Source of the DNA: Histomonas meleagridis 2922-C6/04-290x
Taxonomy: Eukaryota > Protista > Parabasalia
DNA: 64,000 bases
Reading direction: 5' to 3'
NCBI GenBank assembly: GCA_020184695.1
Contig: JAANOX010000029.1
Span: 1 to 64,000 of the forward strand
In this document: positions 1 to 10,264 of the stretch, piece after piece
Layout of the letters: the number at the start of each line of letters is the position of its first letter
Position numbering within the stretch: the first letter of the stretch is position 1
Notes under the pieces: generated by a model
Database searches by the model: none
What the model was told of the DNA's origin: nothing
Seen by the model: the letters and a program-made list of their open reading frames with translations, nothing else
Made by a program: the position numbers and the translations under genes

Positions 1-814
1 TAAATGTTTAAGATCAATTAAAGACATAAATCGATCTTTAAAGAATTTAATAAAACCTATAAAAAATACTTCGTCGAATATAACTGATTGTAAGTCATAT
101 CAATCTGTTTTGAACTTTTTGTTCATGGATAATTCGTCAATTAAAATTATCCCGTTCTCAACAAGAGACGAAATGATCGAAAGCATGAAGAAAATTACAC
201 AAGCGAAAGGAGTGAAAAAGAAATTAAGAAAAAGAGAAAGAAAAAGCTTAAAGGCAAATGGATTTTACGCAAGTTTCCCAAATTCATTGTCAATAGTCTT
301 TAATGAAAATTCCAATAAAAAAGTGTTAAACGAATTGGGACCTTTGATACATCCGAAGAATTTGGTGTTTAAGCCTGAACTGTTAAATGTGGTGACAACG
401 GAAAGAAGAAGAAAATTGTCATCGATGCACGAGTTTTTGGGTTTAAGACACTCGTCATCGGTACATTTTGCGCAGAAATAATATTTAATATAAATAAATA
501 TATGTGTTTTTTAAAATGTTTGTAAAAACTAATTATTAATTTATTTAAAATTTATAAAGAATAAAACAAAAGCAAAAAGATCATGGAAATTCGATTTTAT
601 ATTGACTGAAATAATAAAAAGCCCTTCTCATGATAATATAAAATAATTACATGATGCTATAAAATTTAATCGATTAGATTAGAGAATATTATATTCCATT
701 AACTTTTTGAATATTTCTACCTGTATATTTCAGAGCATCCTCGTTTTCTCCTCAATTTTGGATCGTATTTCAAAAATATTTTTGCACTTTCCTATTTGCA
801 ATTGACAAAGATTA

Positions 815-3751
815 ATGGGAAATAGTCAAGGTCAAATTAAAGGAAAAAATAAAGATTTTATAGGAATATTGCAACAAATAGAAGACGATATCTTCAAAAT
901 GAATGAAAATAATATTCCAGAAACAGTTGAATCAACATTACATTTTAAAACTCAGCAATATTCATATTCGATTAAGCTTATAATATGTCAATTACTTTAT
1001 TCATATTTTCTAATGGAAAATCAAAATATACAATTAATTTTTGAATATATAAAATTATTTAAAATAAAAGAAGAAAGATTATATAAGGAAAATAATGATA
1101 TCAAAAATGAAACAGAAGAAGATAATATAATTAATATTTTTACAGATTTTCTTTTTAATTTTGAAACACAAGAATCAAATTATATTCTCGAAAGATTAAC
1201 GAAAAATAAAATAATTGAAGAAAAAAAATATATTAAAGAAGGACATAATCCAAATGAAATAGCAAAAATTATTCGAAATGATGATATGGAAAAACTTCAA
1301 GAAATATCATCACAAACAAACTTTGATTTTAATCAAACAATTGAACCATCACTTTATGAAAGGTGTTCATTTATTAATCAAGAAAATGTTTCATTAATTG
1401 ATTATGCAGCATTTTTTTCTTCAGTTAAATGTTTTAAATATTTACTTATGAATGGTTCTAAAATAGATAACACAGGTAAATATGCAATTGCAGGTGGAAA
1501 TGAAGAAATAATTCATTTATGTGAACAAAATCATTCATCTTTTGAAGATGCATATAAAGCTGCAATTGAATTTCATCGAAATGATATCTTTAAATATATT
1601 TATGAAAATAAATTAGGATATATTCTGCATAATGATTTATTAACAGATTGTGTTATTTATTATAATTATGAAATACTTTCCTTTTTAATCGATAAAGAAA
1701 ATAAAAATATTAAGGAACTTATTACAGCTTCGATTAAAACAGGAAATATATTTTTATTTAAATATTTTGTAAAAAATAATACAGACAAAATTCCAAAAAA
1801 TGTTTTAAGTTTGATTTTAATTTCAAGAAATAAAGAACTTTTTAAATATCTTCTTAAAAATAAATTTATAATGATTAAAAGTAATGATGATAATTCATTC
1901 ATTTATATTTAGTTTTATATCAATAATTTAGTGTATCAAAAATTTTATTGCCGTTTTATTTAATTATTTTATTTAAAAATTATAAATAATTTTAGTTCCA
2001 CAGAAATATATAAGTTCTTATTCAAGCAAAAGAAAATCGAAATTAATGTTGAAAGAGCATTTATGGTAGCATCAGAAAATGGTAGTACAAAAATTGTTAA
2101 ATTACTTCTTGAACAAAAAGGAATTGATATTAATGCTAAAGATTATTATTTGTTTTATTTGAAATTTATATTCCAAAATAATACTTGGAAATTATTTAAA
2201 TTATTTTGGACAGCACTTACATTAGCATCTGAAAATGGTCATACAGAAATAGTTAAATTACTTCTTGAACAAAAAGGAATTGATATTAATGCTAAAGATA
2301 TTTATTTATTATATTTAATATTTATTTTAATAATTCAGGATTTCAAAATAATATTTGGAAATTATTTAAATTATTTAGAACAGCATTTATTTGGGCATCT
2401 TTAAAAGGTCATACAGGAATAGTTAAATTACTTCTTGAACAAAAAGGAATTGATATTAATGCTAAAGATATTTATTTGTTTTATTTAATATTTATTTTAA
2501 TAATCTGATATTTGATAATAATATTTGGAAATTATTTAAATTATTTGAAACAGCACTTATCATAGCATCTGATAATGGTTATACAGAAATAGTTAAATTA
2601 CTTCTTGAACAAGAAAGTATTGAAATAAATGCTAAAAGTATTTATTTGTTTTGTTTAAAATTTATTTTAATAATTTGGAAATTCAAAATAATATATAAAA
2701 ATTATATAAATTATTTTTTACAGCACTCATGTTTGCATCTTCAAATGGTCACACTGAAATAGTTAAATAACTTCTTGAACAAAAAGGAATTGACATTAAT
2801 GCTAAAGAAATTTATTTATTTAATTTAATATTTAATTTAATAATTTGATATTTCAAAATAATATATAAAAATTATATAAATTATTTGAAACAGCACTTAT
2901 GAATGCATCTTGGAATGGTCATACAGAAATAGTTAAATTACTTCTTGAACAAGAAGGAATTGACATTAATGCCAAAAACATTTATTTTTTTTATTTAAAA
3001 TTAATTTTAATAATTATGGATTTCAAAATCATATTTGGAAATTATTTAAATTATTTCAAACAACACTTATTTTAGCTTCTTTTCATGGTTATACAGAAAT
3101 ATTTAAATTATTTCTTGAATTAGAAGGAATTGATGTTGATGCTATAGATATTTATTTGTTTTATTTGATATTTATTAAAAGTTTTTTATATTTTAAAATA
3201 ATTTTTGGAATTTATTAAAATTATTTAAAACACCACTTATTTGGGCATCAGAAATTGGAAATATAGAAATATTTCAAAACCTTCTTAAACAAAACGAAAT
3301 CGATATTAATGCTCAAGATATTAATTTGAAGAATAGCAAATATCAAAATTTTTTTTCATAATTTTATTAAATGATATATGAATAAATTAAATAATTAAAA
3401 CACCACTTATATGGGCATCAGAAAAAGGTAATATAGAAATAGTTAAAATATTACTCAAACAAAAAAGAATTGATATTAACATAAAAGATATTTAAACAAA
3501 TAGCATAATGTCTTAAATAATCATTTTGTAATTGAAAATAATATTTGATGATTATATAAATTAGATAATACAGCACTAATTTTGGCATCTATGAATGGAC
3601 ATGAAAAAATAGTTAAAATGTTACTTAAACAAAAAAACATTGATATTAATGCTAAAAATTTTCTTGGAATTTATCATAATTAAATGAAACAGTTTTCACA
3701 TATGCATCAAAAAAAGGAAATATCGATATCAAAAATTTACTAGGAAAATAA
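815..3751 (+). pseudogene. DUF3447-type N-terminus plus ankyrin-repeat gene (locus A), with 10 loops interrupted by 17-nt inserts
   Basis: ORF 815-1912 has the trichomonad ankyrin-family N-terminal block (SLIDYAAFFSSVKCFKYLLMNG). It is followed by nine 90-nt blocks reading TALxxASxxGHTEIVKLLLEQKGIDINAKD, separated by spacers of 66, 8x80 and 29 nt, and ends at TAA 3749-3751. One block has an in-frame TAA (2768-2770) and the 1913-1960 junction is unresolved, so it may be inactivated. Confidence 0.8.
2144..3688 (+). repeat. 170-bp periodic array (90-nt ankyrin block + 80-nt spacer of 4 x 20 nt)
   Basis: The D-position codon recurs at 2297, 2467, 2637, 2807, 2977, 3147, 3317, 3487 and 3657, an exact 170-nt period. 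Confidence 0.95.
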
Positions 3752-3879
3752 ATAAAAAATTTTTATGAATTCTTTTTCTAAAATTTTCATTTTTATAAAT
3801 AAATACACAAGAATTCAGGAATTACCTCATACGAGAATATTGTGAAAATTAATCTTGAATTAATCAATAAAGCGATTTA

Positions 3880-4680
3880 ATATTACCAAAAAGGATCTAA
3901 TGCAGGGACAAACAATGCATCATTTAATCTTACACAAATTTATCAAAATGGTTTAGCAGGAAATCCAAAAGCCGTAAACTTATATGAGAAATGTGTCTTA
4001 AATAATGATCTTACTGTTATGTTTAATTTATTTATGATTTATATTTTCAGTAATGGGGTTCCGAAAAATATTTCACGTGGTATTGAGTTACTCGAAACAT
4101 TAGCGCAAAAGGGTTTTTTCATTCCATGTATAATCTTGCATCCGAATTTATAAGTTCCTATAATACTCAAAAAGTAATTGAATCATCAGAAAAAGGGCAT
4201 TTTAATTGCGATGGTTACAAAGTGATTCCACAAGACTTAAGAAAATGTGGAAGAAGAGTTTTAGTTGAGTCAGCCAAAACGAATAATGTTCATTAGGAGA
4301 ATATTATGAATATGTTGGGAAGAACATTGACGAATGTTATGAAGAAGCAATCTTAAAACATTATGTTCAATTTATAACTTGTCAAATTCATAAGTTAATA
4401 CACTAGGACGTTTTGTGCACAAAAGCTTCTGAATTAGGTGATATATTTTTAATTAAAAAATTAGCCGAAATTAATAGGAAAAAATCCTTAATAAATCAAT
4501 ATGAAAAAGGATCTGAATTAAGCGATGATGATTATGCTTGTAAATTAGCTTTAACATATCAAAAAGGTGAATGAATATATAAAAATAAAAAGAAAGGATT
4601 GGCAATAATACAATTATATCAAAAATCAGCAAGTAATGCTCATGTTCAAGAATTAACGAACTTAGGCGTTAAAATATTTT
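3880..4680 (+). pseudogene. Degenerate SEL1-like repeat gene
   Basis: Manual translation gives SEL1-like segments (YYQKGSNAGTNNASFNLTQIYQNG, AVNLYEKC, NGVPKNISRGIELLETLAQKG), broken by stops and frameshifts; ends approximate. Confidence 0.5.
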
Positions 4681-5262
4681 ACAGCATTTCATAATGATAT
4701 TTAAAAATTATTTAAGACAGTATTTATTTTTAAAACTTTTATTGGATGATAATAAAAATTACTTTTGATAATACATAATGCAAATCAGAATTCTGATTTA
4801 GAAAGAAGGAAACAAACCAAGTCAATTCTATTTTCAAATAAACTTTGTCAATTTTAATAGCGCCAAAAAAACATTTCGAAGATGACACTTTTCTGTAGTT
4901 TTTACCAAAAACTGTGATATTTTTTTGAATGTTTATTTAGTCGTAATTTTCCTTAAAAAGTAAGCTGTCGTATACGAAGAAAAAGTCGATTGCTCACAAT
5001 TATTCAATGCAGAGGATTTTGGCGGAATAAAAAGTTCACAAAAGCAATATAAAACTTGGAATTCTGTATTTTAACCGTCAAACTATCGCAAATTCTTTGA
5101 AAACAAAAACAAGGCGGCCGTACCCCCCGAAGCGAAAAAAAGAAAAAGAATATTAGCTTTTACAAAGAAAATGTAACGAGGGCATGTTGGACGATATTAG
5201 TAAAGATGCACACGATTAGCTACTTTCTTTTTATTGAATATTGAGATTGAAAATCTGGAACG

Positions 5263-5853
5263 CTAGAAAGTAAAAGGATCTGTCATGCCCTTTCCAAGAC
5301 AAAAGTAGTCATATGAATCAGTACCATCCATGTATCCGTAAAAAATATCATTTTCTGTATTCTCTGTATTTTCTGTTTTGAAGTTAAAATCAAAGGTATT
5401 ATTATTCAAGATAGTATTACTGACTTCTTGCGGGGGTTTTGTTCTTGGTTGGATCTTCTTTTCTGTAGCTAAATGTGCAGGAAGTACGTATTTTTTATCA
5501 CGATTTATATACTTATGCCAACGATTTTTAATGTTGTTACCACTTCTACCCTTAAGGAAGGATGAAATTTTAACCCATTTAGGTCCAATTTCGAGGAACT
5601 TCGTAATAATAAGTTCATCTTCTTCTTTTGTCCAAGGTTTCTTTTCAACCTGATTTTTGAGTGTATTATTATACCTATCGCGGCATTGACGAGCAGTACG
5701 TCCAGGCAATTTTGTTGCAATTTCAGTCCAATTCTTCTTTTTATCATCATTAACGAGTTCAAGGAGGATTTTATCTTCTTCTGGAGTAAACCATTTCCTG
5801 TGAGAGGCTATTTTTCCTATGGAATGGGGGATAAAAGTATTTGGTTGAAGCAT
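5263..5853 (-). CDS. R2R3 Myb-like transcription factor
   Basis: Two Myb repeats (KWFTPEEDKILLEL...WTEIATKLPGRTARQCRDRY; PWTKEEDELII...GPKWVKIS...GRSGNNIKNRW). First ATG is at 5853; the track start at 5871 is TTG. Confidence 0.93.
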   Translation of the reverse strand: MLQPNTFIPHSIGKIASHRKWFTPEEDKILLELVNDDKKKNWTEIATKLPGRTARQCRDRYNNTLKNQVEKKPWTKEEDELIITKFLEIGPKWVKISSFLKGRSGNNIKNRWHKYINRDKKYVLPAHLATEKKIQPRTKPPQEVSNTILNNNTFDFNFKTENTENTENDIFYGYMDGTDSYDYFCLGKGMTDPFTF

Positions 5854-6211
5854 TGCTTCGGAATGTTCCAAAATTATAACTAACAGAAATTCACATATTT
5901 ACAACGATTTTGGCAACAACCGCAAATAATTCAGAGTGCGCACAAAATTTGAGATACGCAAACAGTTTCTTGCAACCTTTTGGGATAAAAATAACGGTTT
6001 ATATCAAACAATTCTAAACGTTCCCATTACACCCTTAATTCTAAACTCCCTCAATTTGTAAACTGGGGAAATCTTCTTAAATTTGAAAAGACAATGGCTT
6101 GACAATTGGAGGGAAAACCGCAATTTCATGTCAAAAAGTGGACACCGATGGCCAGTGAATTTCCTTGAGAAACAAACTTTACTAAAAAAACGAAGTGTGT
6201 GAACAATATTG

Positions 6212-7282
6212 TTACCATGGTAACATGTTCTTGATGAATGTTGATACTGAGTTCTGTTTAGTTTTGTGCTCTGTGTTCCAAAATGCATTTGCATATCCTA
6301 TGACTTCTGCTAAGTTATCTCCAACATCCATTTCTTTGAGTGCTGTTATTGTCTTAGCGTAATCTGTAGGTGACATTCTTGGTTCTACATACTTAAGATG
6401 ACCAAGACCAACGAAAAACACATAATCCATGAGGTGGTCAAAGTGCGAAAATAAACAATCCCAAAGGGCGAAAAGATTCGGTAACTCATATTCTTGGGAA
6501 AATAGAAGTGAAAACCATCTCACACAATAGAATAAAGGATGGATCTTAAGAGTGGATATTATGTCGGCAGCAACAGGAACATATTTCTTTTGTAGAGATA
6601 AGAACGGAGCTAGCTGGTGAATAACAATGGTTTTATCTTGGATTGAACAAAAATCATTGATCGAAGTCGTGGAGATAAGGCGTTGAAACATATGGAAGCA
6701 AAGACCCTCTACGAAGTAAAAGTCATTATTCCAAAGTTGTTTAGTTTTTGTTAGTAATATGTAAAATGGAGATACAAGTTCATTAAAGCCTTGGATATAA
6801 TTTAAACCATGATTGAGCATAGCAAAGATGTAGAGAATACGCTCAATTCGTCTTATATGGCCTTGTATGTAAAATAGTTTATCTTCGCCAGGAGATGATT
6901 CTTGGAGTTGTGAACCTGGAATTCTTCCGTCTGGTAAGAAAAAAAGTTGATGACCTGTACGAGTAACATCACTGTGTATCATTAACATGGTTTCTGGATG
7001 AGGAACTTTGAAATCTTCTTGTTGGAATTTACTTGGTAATATCTGTTTATCCCAATCTTTTACCCCAAAGTCATTTACAAATCCCCAATATTCATCACTC
7101 ATAGTTGATAATTTAAGCGGCCATTCAATAAAACAAGAAGGAAAAATTTGAAATAAAACCAACCATGAATATGCTCTGTCTACGTCAACTTCGAGACTAC
7201 GGCGTGCTAATTGTCTGATTAACTCAACATTAATTGGGTTTTCTGGTGTCGAATTTTCAATATAATTACGAATCGAAGTCAT
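6212..7282 (-). CDS. TBC-domain Rab GTPase-activating protein
   Basis: IxxDxxR motif (IHSDVTRT) and YxQ motif (NYIQGFNEL), plus RWFSLLFSQEY...LWD typical of TBC domains. Confidence 0.9.
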   Translation of the reverse strand: MTSIRNYIENSTPENPINVELIRQLARRSLEVDVDRAYSWLVLFQIFPSCFIEWPLKLSTMSDEYWGFVNDFGVKDWDKQILPSKFQQEDFKVPHPETMLMIHSDVTRTGHQLFFLPDGRIPGSQLQESSPGEDKLFYIQGHIRRIERILYIFAMLNHGLNYIQGFNELVSPFYILLTKTKQLWNNDFYFVEGLCFHMFQRLISTTSINDFCSIQDKTIVIHQLAPFLSLQKKYVPVAADIISTLKIHPLFYCVRWFSLLFSQEYELPNLFALWDCLFSHFDHLMDYVFFVGLGHLKYVEPRMSPTDYAKTITALKEMDVGDNLAEVIGYANAFWNTEHKTKQNSVSTFIKNMLPW

Positions 7283-8345
7283 CGAGCATTTACTGACATG
7301 TGATGTGAAATTATTTAGTTTTCTGTTTTGTTTTGTAACTTGATATAGTTATATAATTCCATGAAAATTTGGATATGGTGATGACTGCAGTATGGCATAT
7401 TGGTATTTGAATGAGCTTTGGTATGCATTTCTGAACAATAGTTTAATTCTCATGAGAAGTTCTTTTTTTGTTATTTGATTGTTGTTGTTTGTTTTTTTAA
7501 AGTGCATCTTAAGAAAGGTGTTCACGAGTTCTTCAGCATTTTTGAAATAAGAATCAATTTAAGTATTCCAAAATCTTTAATCACTCCAATAGCGAGCTGT
7601 CACATAATCTAAACTTATGCTTAGGCGCACCAACAAGATTGGGTTATGGTTAATTTGGCGATCTTTAAGCATATTATTTATAAATTTGGTAATTCTTGGG
7701 AGTACTAACTTGTTCTATTGAATCTCTTAAATCTTAAAAGTTATTTACTTTGTTTTAATAAGAGATAAATCTTTCTTTTGTAGTCAGCAAAGAGACTGGT
7801 CAACAACACCAATTCATGCACTCAAATTTCAAAGCAAGACTGTTAAATAAACGCACAAATTTTGAGAAGAACCTTTATCAACGGTGAAATTTGGTTTCCA
7901 ATGAAACAAAGCTTGTGCAAAATCTCTTTGGTTTTTTACATTCCTCTTATTAACACATATGAAAAAAGAGGAGTAGGAAATGGGTATGCTTATTTGAGTT
8001 AATATTTTTGATTAATGTGAATCTCTTTTAATCAATTTGTTACCACAAAATATTTTTTATAAATGAAATTGCAAAACATTTAAGTTAAGTTATTAAGCTT
8101 CATATACGATAACTGATCAAAAATAGTCATATCTAAAAATTAATATTGAAAATTACAAATATTTTTTTGTTAACCCACACAAACATATTACAAGTAAAAT
8201 GTGCACTCATTTTAATTTTTGATGTACTATTCCATGGAACATTCACATGATCAAAGTTTGTTGCCAAATAAAATGACATTTTCTCAAACATTCAAATTTT
8301 TTCAATTGTTTATTTGGGCGTTTGTGTAAAAAACCGTTGTCACAC

Positions 8346-9338
8346 ATGCAAACAGAGGGACAAAAATTCATCAACGAAATTGATGAATGCATGAATTCGG
8401 TGAGTGCTCTCTTCGAAAAACAGAAAAAGTATTTAGTGGCAGATCTTAATTTCTTTGAAAACGCATTTAAATCATTATCAAGCAATCTAAATGAAATCAA
8501 ACTAATGAACGAAACACAAGGGACAAGCTCAACTTCTAATCTATCAGGTGAGTTGGTTGGTGTAATTATATCGAATTTCCCAAAACATTTCCAAAAACTT
8601 CTTGCAGAGATAAAATTCAATACCATTCCAAAATTAAAAGATCACATTGCTATTCACACCAAAAATTCTCAACAATATAACTCGAGAGTAAGTAATATTA
8701 TCCAAAATTTGAAAAAATCATATAAAACGTTTGTTGATAGTCGTACAAAGTTCAAACAAAAGCAACAAGAAATGCCACTTTCCGATACTATCAATAATAT
8801 ATTAGATACAGGTTCCAAGTTCAACAATCTATACATTGATTTAAGCAAGAACATTGAAAATACCGAAGAACAACTCACAAAAGAACTGCTCGATGCCGAA
8901 AAGTACTTTACCAAGCTCAAAGAAGATGAATATATTGTCGTTTATATTGCATCACAATTAGTTATTGATATATACAATTTCATTCCTAACGTAAAACAGG
9001 AAGAAAATAAAAGAGTTGATGCAGAGTTTTTGATGGCTAGCCGCGTTGATAAGATTAGGGAGTTATTATGTTCACTAAGAGATTCTGTCACAAATTCACG
9101 GGCCTTTGCAAAACCAATTGGAATGGTTCCGAAATCTTGGGAAGACGAGCAAACAGAGCCTTTTTATGCTCGAGTATGGAAAAGTTTTGATACAAATAAA
9201 CCTGGCGAATTGAAGGCATCAAAGAAATCGTTAGTTCTTGTGAAGAATGCAACACAACACGCCTATTGGGAAGTGGAAAAAATGAATGGCGAAGTCGGAT
9301 ACTTCCCATGTTGTTTGCTTGAGCCTCTGAGAGAATAG
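8346..9338 (+). CDS. Coiled-coil (BAR-like) protein with C-terminal SH3 domain
   Basis: C-terminus YARVWKSFD...PGEL...YWEVE...GEVGYFPCCLLE is SH3-like and the N-terminus is helical. ATG at 8346 follows an Inr-like TCACA. Confidence 0.7.
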   Translation: MQTEGQKFINEIDECMNSVSALFEKQKKYLVADLNFFENAFKSLSSNLNEIKLMNETQGTSSTSNLSGELVGVIISNFPKHFQKLLAEIKFNTIPKLKDHIAIHTKNSQQYNSRVSNIIQNLKKSYKTFVDSRTKFKQKQQEMPLSDTINNILDTGSKFNNLYIDLSKNIENTEEQLTKELLDAEKYFTKLKEDEYIVVYIASQLVIDIYNFIPNVKQEENKRVDAEFLMASRVDKIRELLCSLRDSVTNSRAFAKPIGMVPKSWEDEQTEPFYARVWKSFDTNKPGELKASKKSLVLVKNATQHAYWEVEKMNGEVGYFPCCLLEPLRE

Positions 9339-10264
9339 AAAAGATTTTAATCGTCGCCAATTCAATTTGAATAGTATTATAATAAAAAGTTTCCACGATG
9401 AACCTCATGTTATTAATGATAATTATACTAAATGTGTGAAAAAATATTTTAGATTTTTCTGTAAATAAGTAGATTTACCATTTCCCTAAAGTATTGGTAT
9501 TAATCTAACCAATAAAAAAGATTTTTGTTATCTATAAAATTTCAAAAAATAACTTAACAAATGAAAAAATAAAAATAAAATATAACATATTAAAAATTTA
9601 TTATAAAATGCAATATGTTATGTTAATTTTTGAATAATAATTATGACTAATTTAATTTTGTTTGATTCTTCATGAGTTTGCATGGGTAAATACAATGACC
9701 TGCGCCACATTCACAGAAGAATAGCTAGTTAGGTTTGGGATCAACTTTTTTTATATGATGCCCTTTATGACAACTTTTGAGCATTCTTCGCATACACCAT
9801 AAGGTGGAAGGATCTTGGATGTAGCATATAAAATATTTTTTATGATGGAAAAGTTTGCAACCAGTAACTTCGAATGTACAAAAATAACGACTATTTAAAT
9901 AGAAAATTCAATATTTTACAACATGAAATTTCATTCTTCTGATTTTTCATCATAAAAGCAATGAAAAATATCACATCTACAAAGCCCAAATACTATTTAT
10001 AATGTTGATACATATACCTAGAACAAATAAATAATTTAATTTTCCGACTGCTTTAAATTTTTATGTGTTTTGAGTATACGATGCAAACTTAAATGTTTGA
10101 TTGTGTCAATTCACTTTTTATTTTTACATAATGATATAACGAAAACTCTAAAACGAAAGAACAAATTCGATCTAAAACGTCAAATTTTATCAATAAACAA
10201 AACGAAAGAATCGTATCAAACTTTATTAATCTCAATTCTTTATAACAAACAAATCGTTTCCACT

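Noticed and set aside
110-481. 123-aa ORF
   Set aside because: TTG start, no recognisable domain; may be a remnant but cannot be supported.
1892-1990. 4x(17+3) parse of the first junction in locus A
   Set aside because: No register tried gave a stop-free in-frame join; left unresolved.
2300-2719. Programmed -1 ribosomal frameshift through each spacer
   Set aside because: No X XXY YYZ slippery heptamer in frame, and stop positions in neighbouring spacers demand incompatible shift sites.
2144-3569. Single canonical intron per spacer ending at ...ACAG
   Set aside because: The AG belongs to the ACA-GCA (T-A) codons, is absent in T-P-L and T-T-L copies, most spacers lack a 5' GT, and splicing there would delete the DxxGxT loop.
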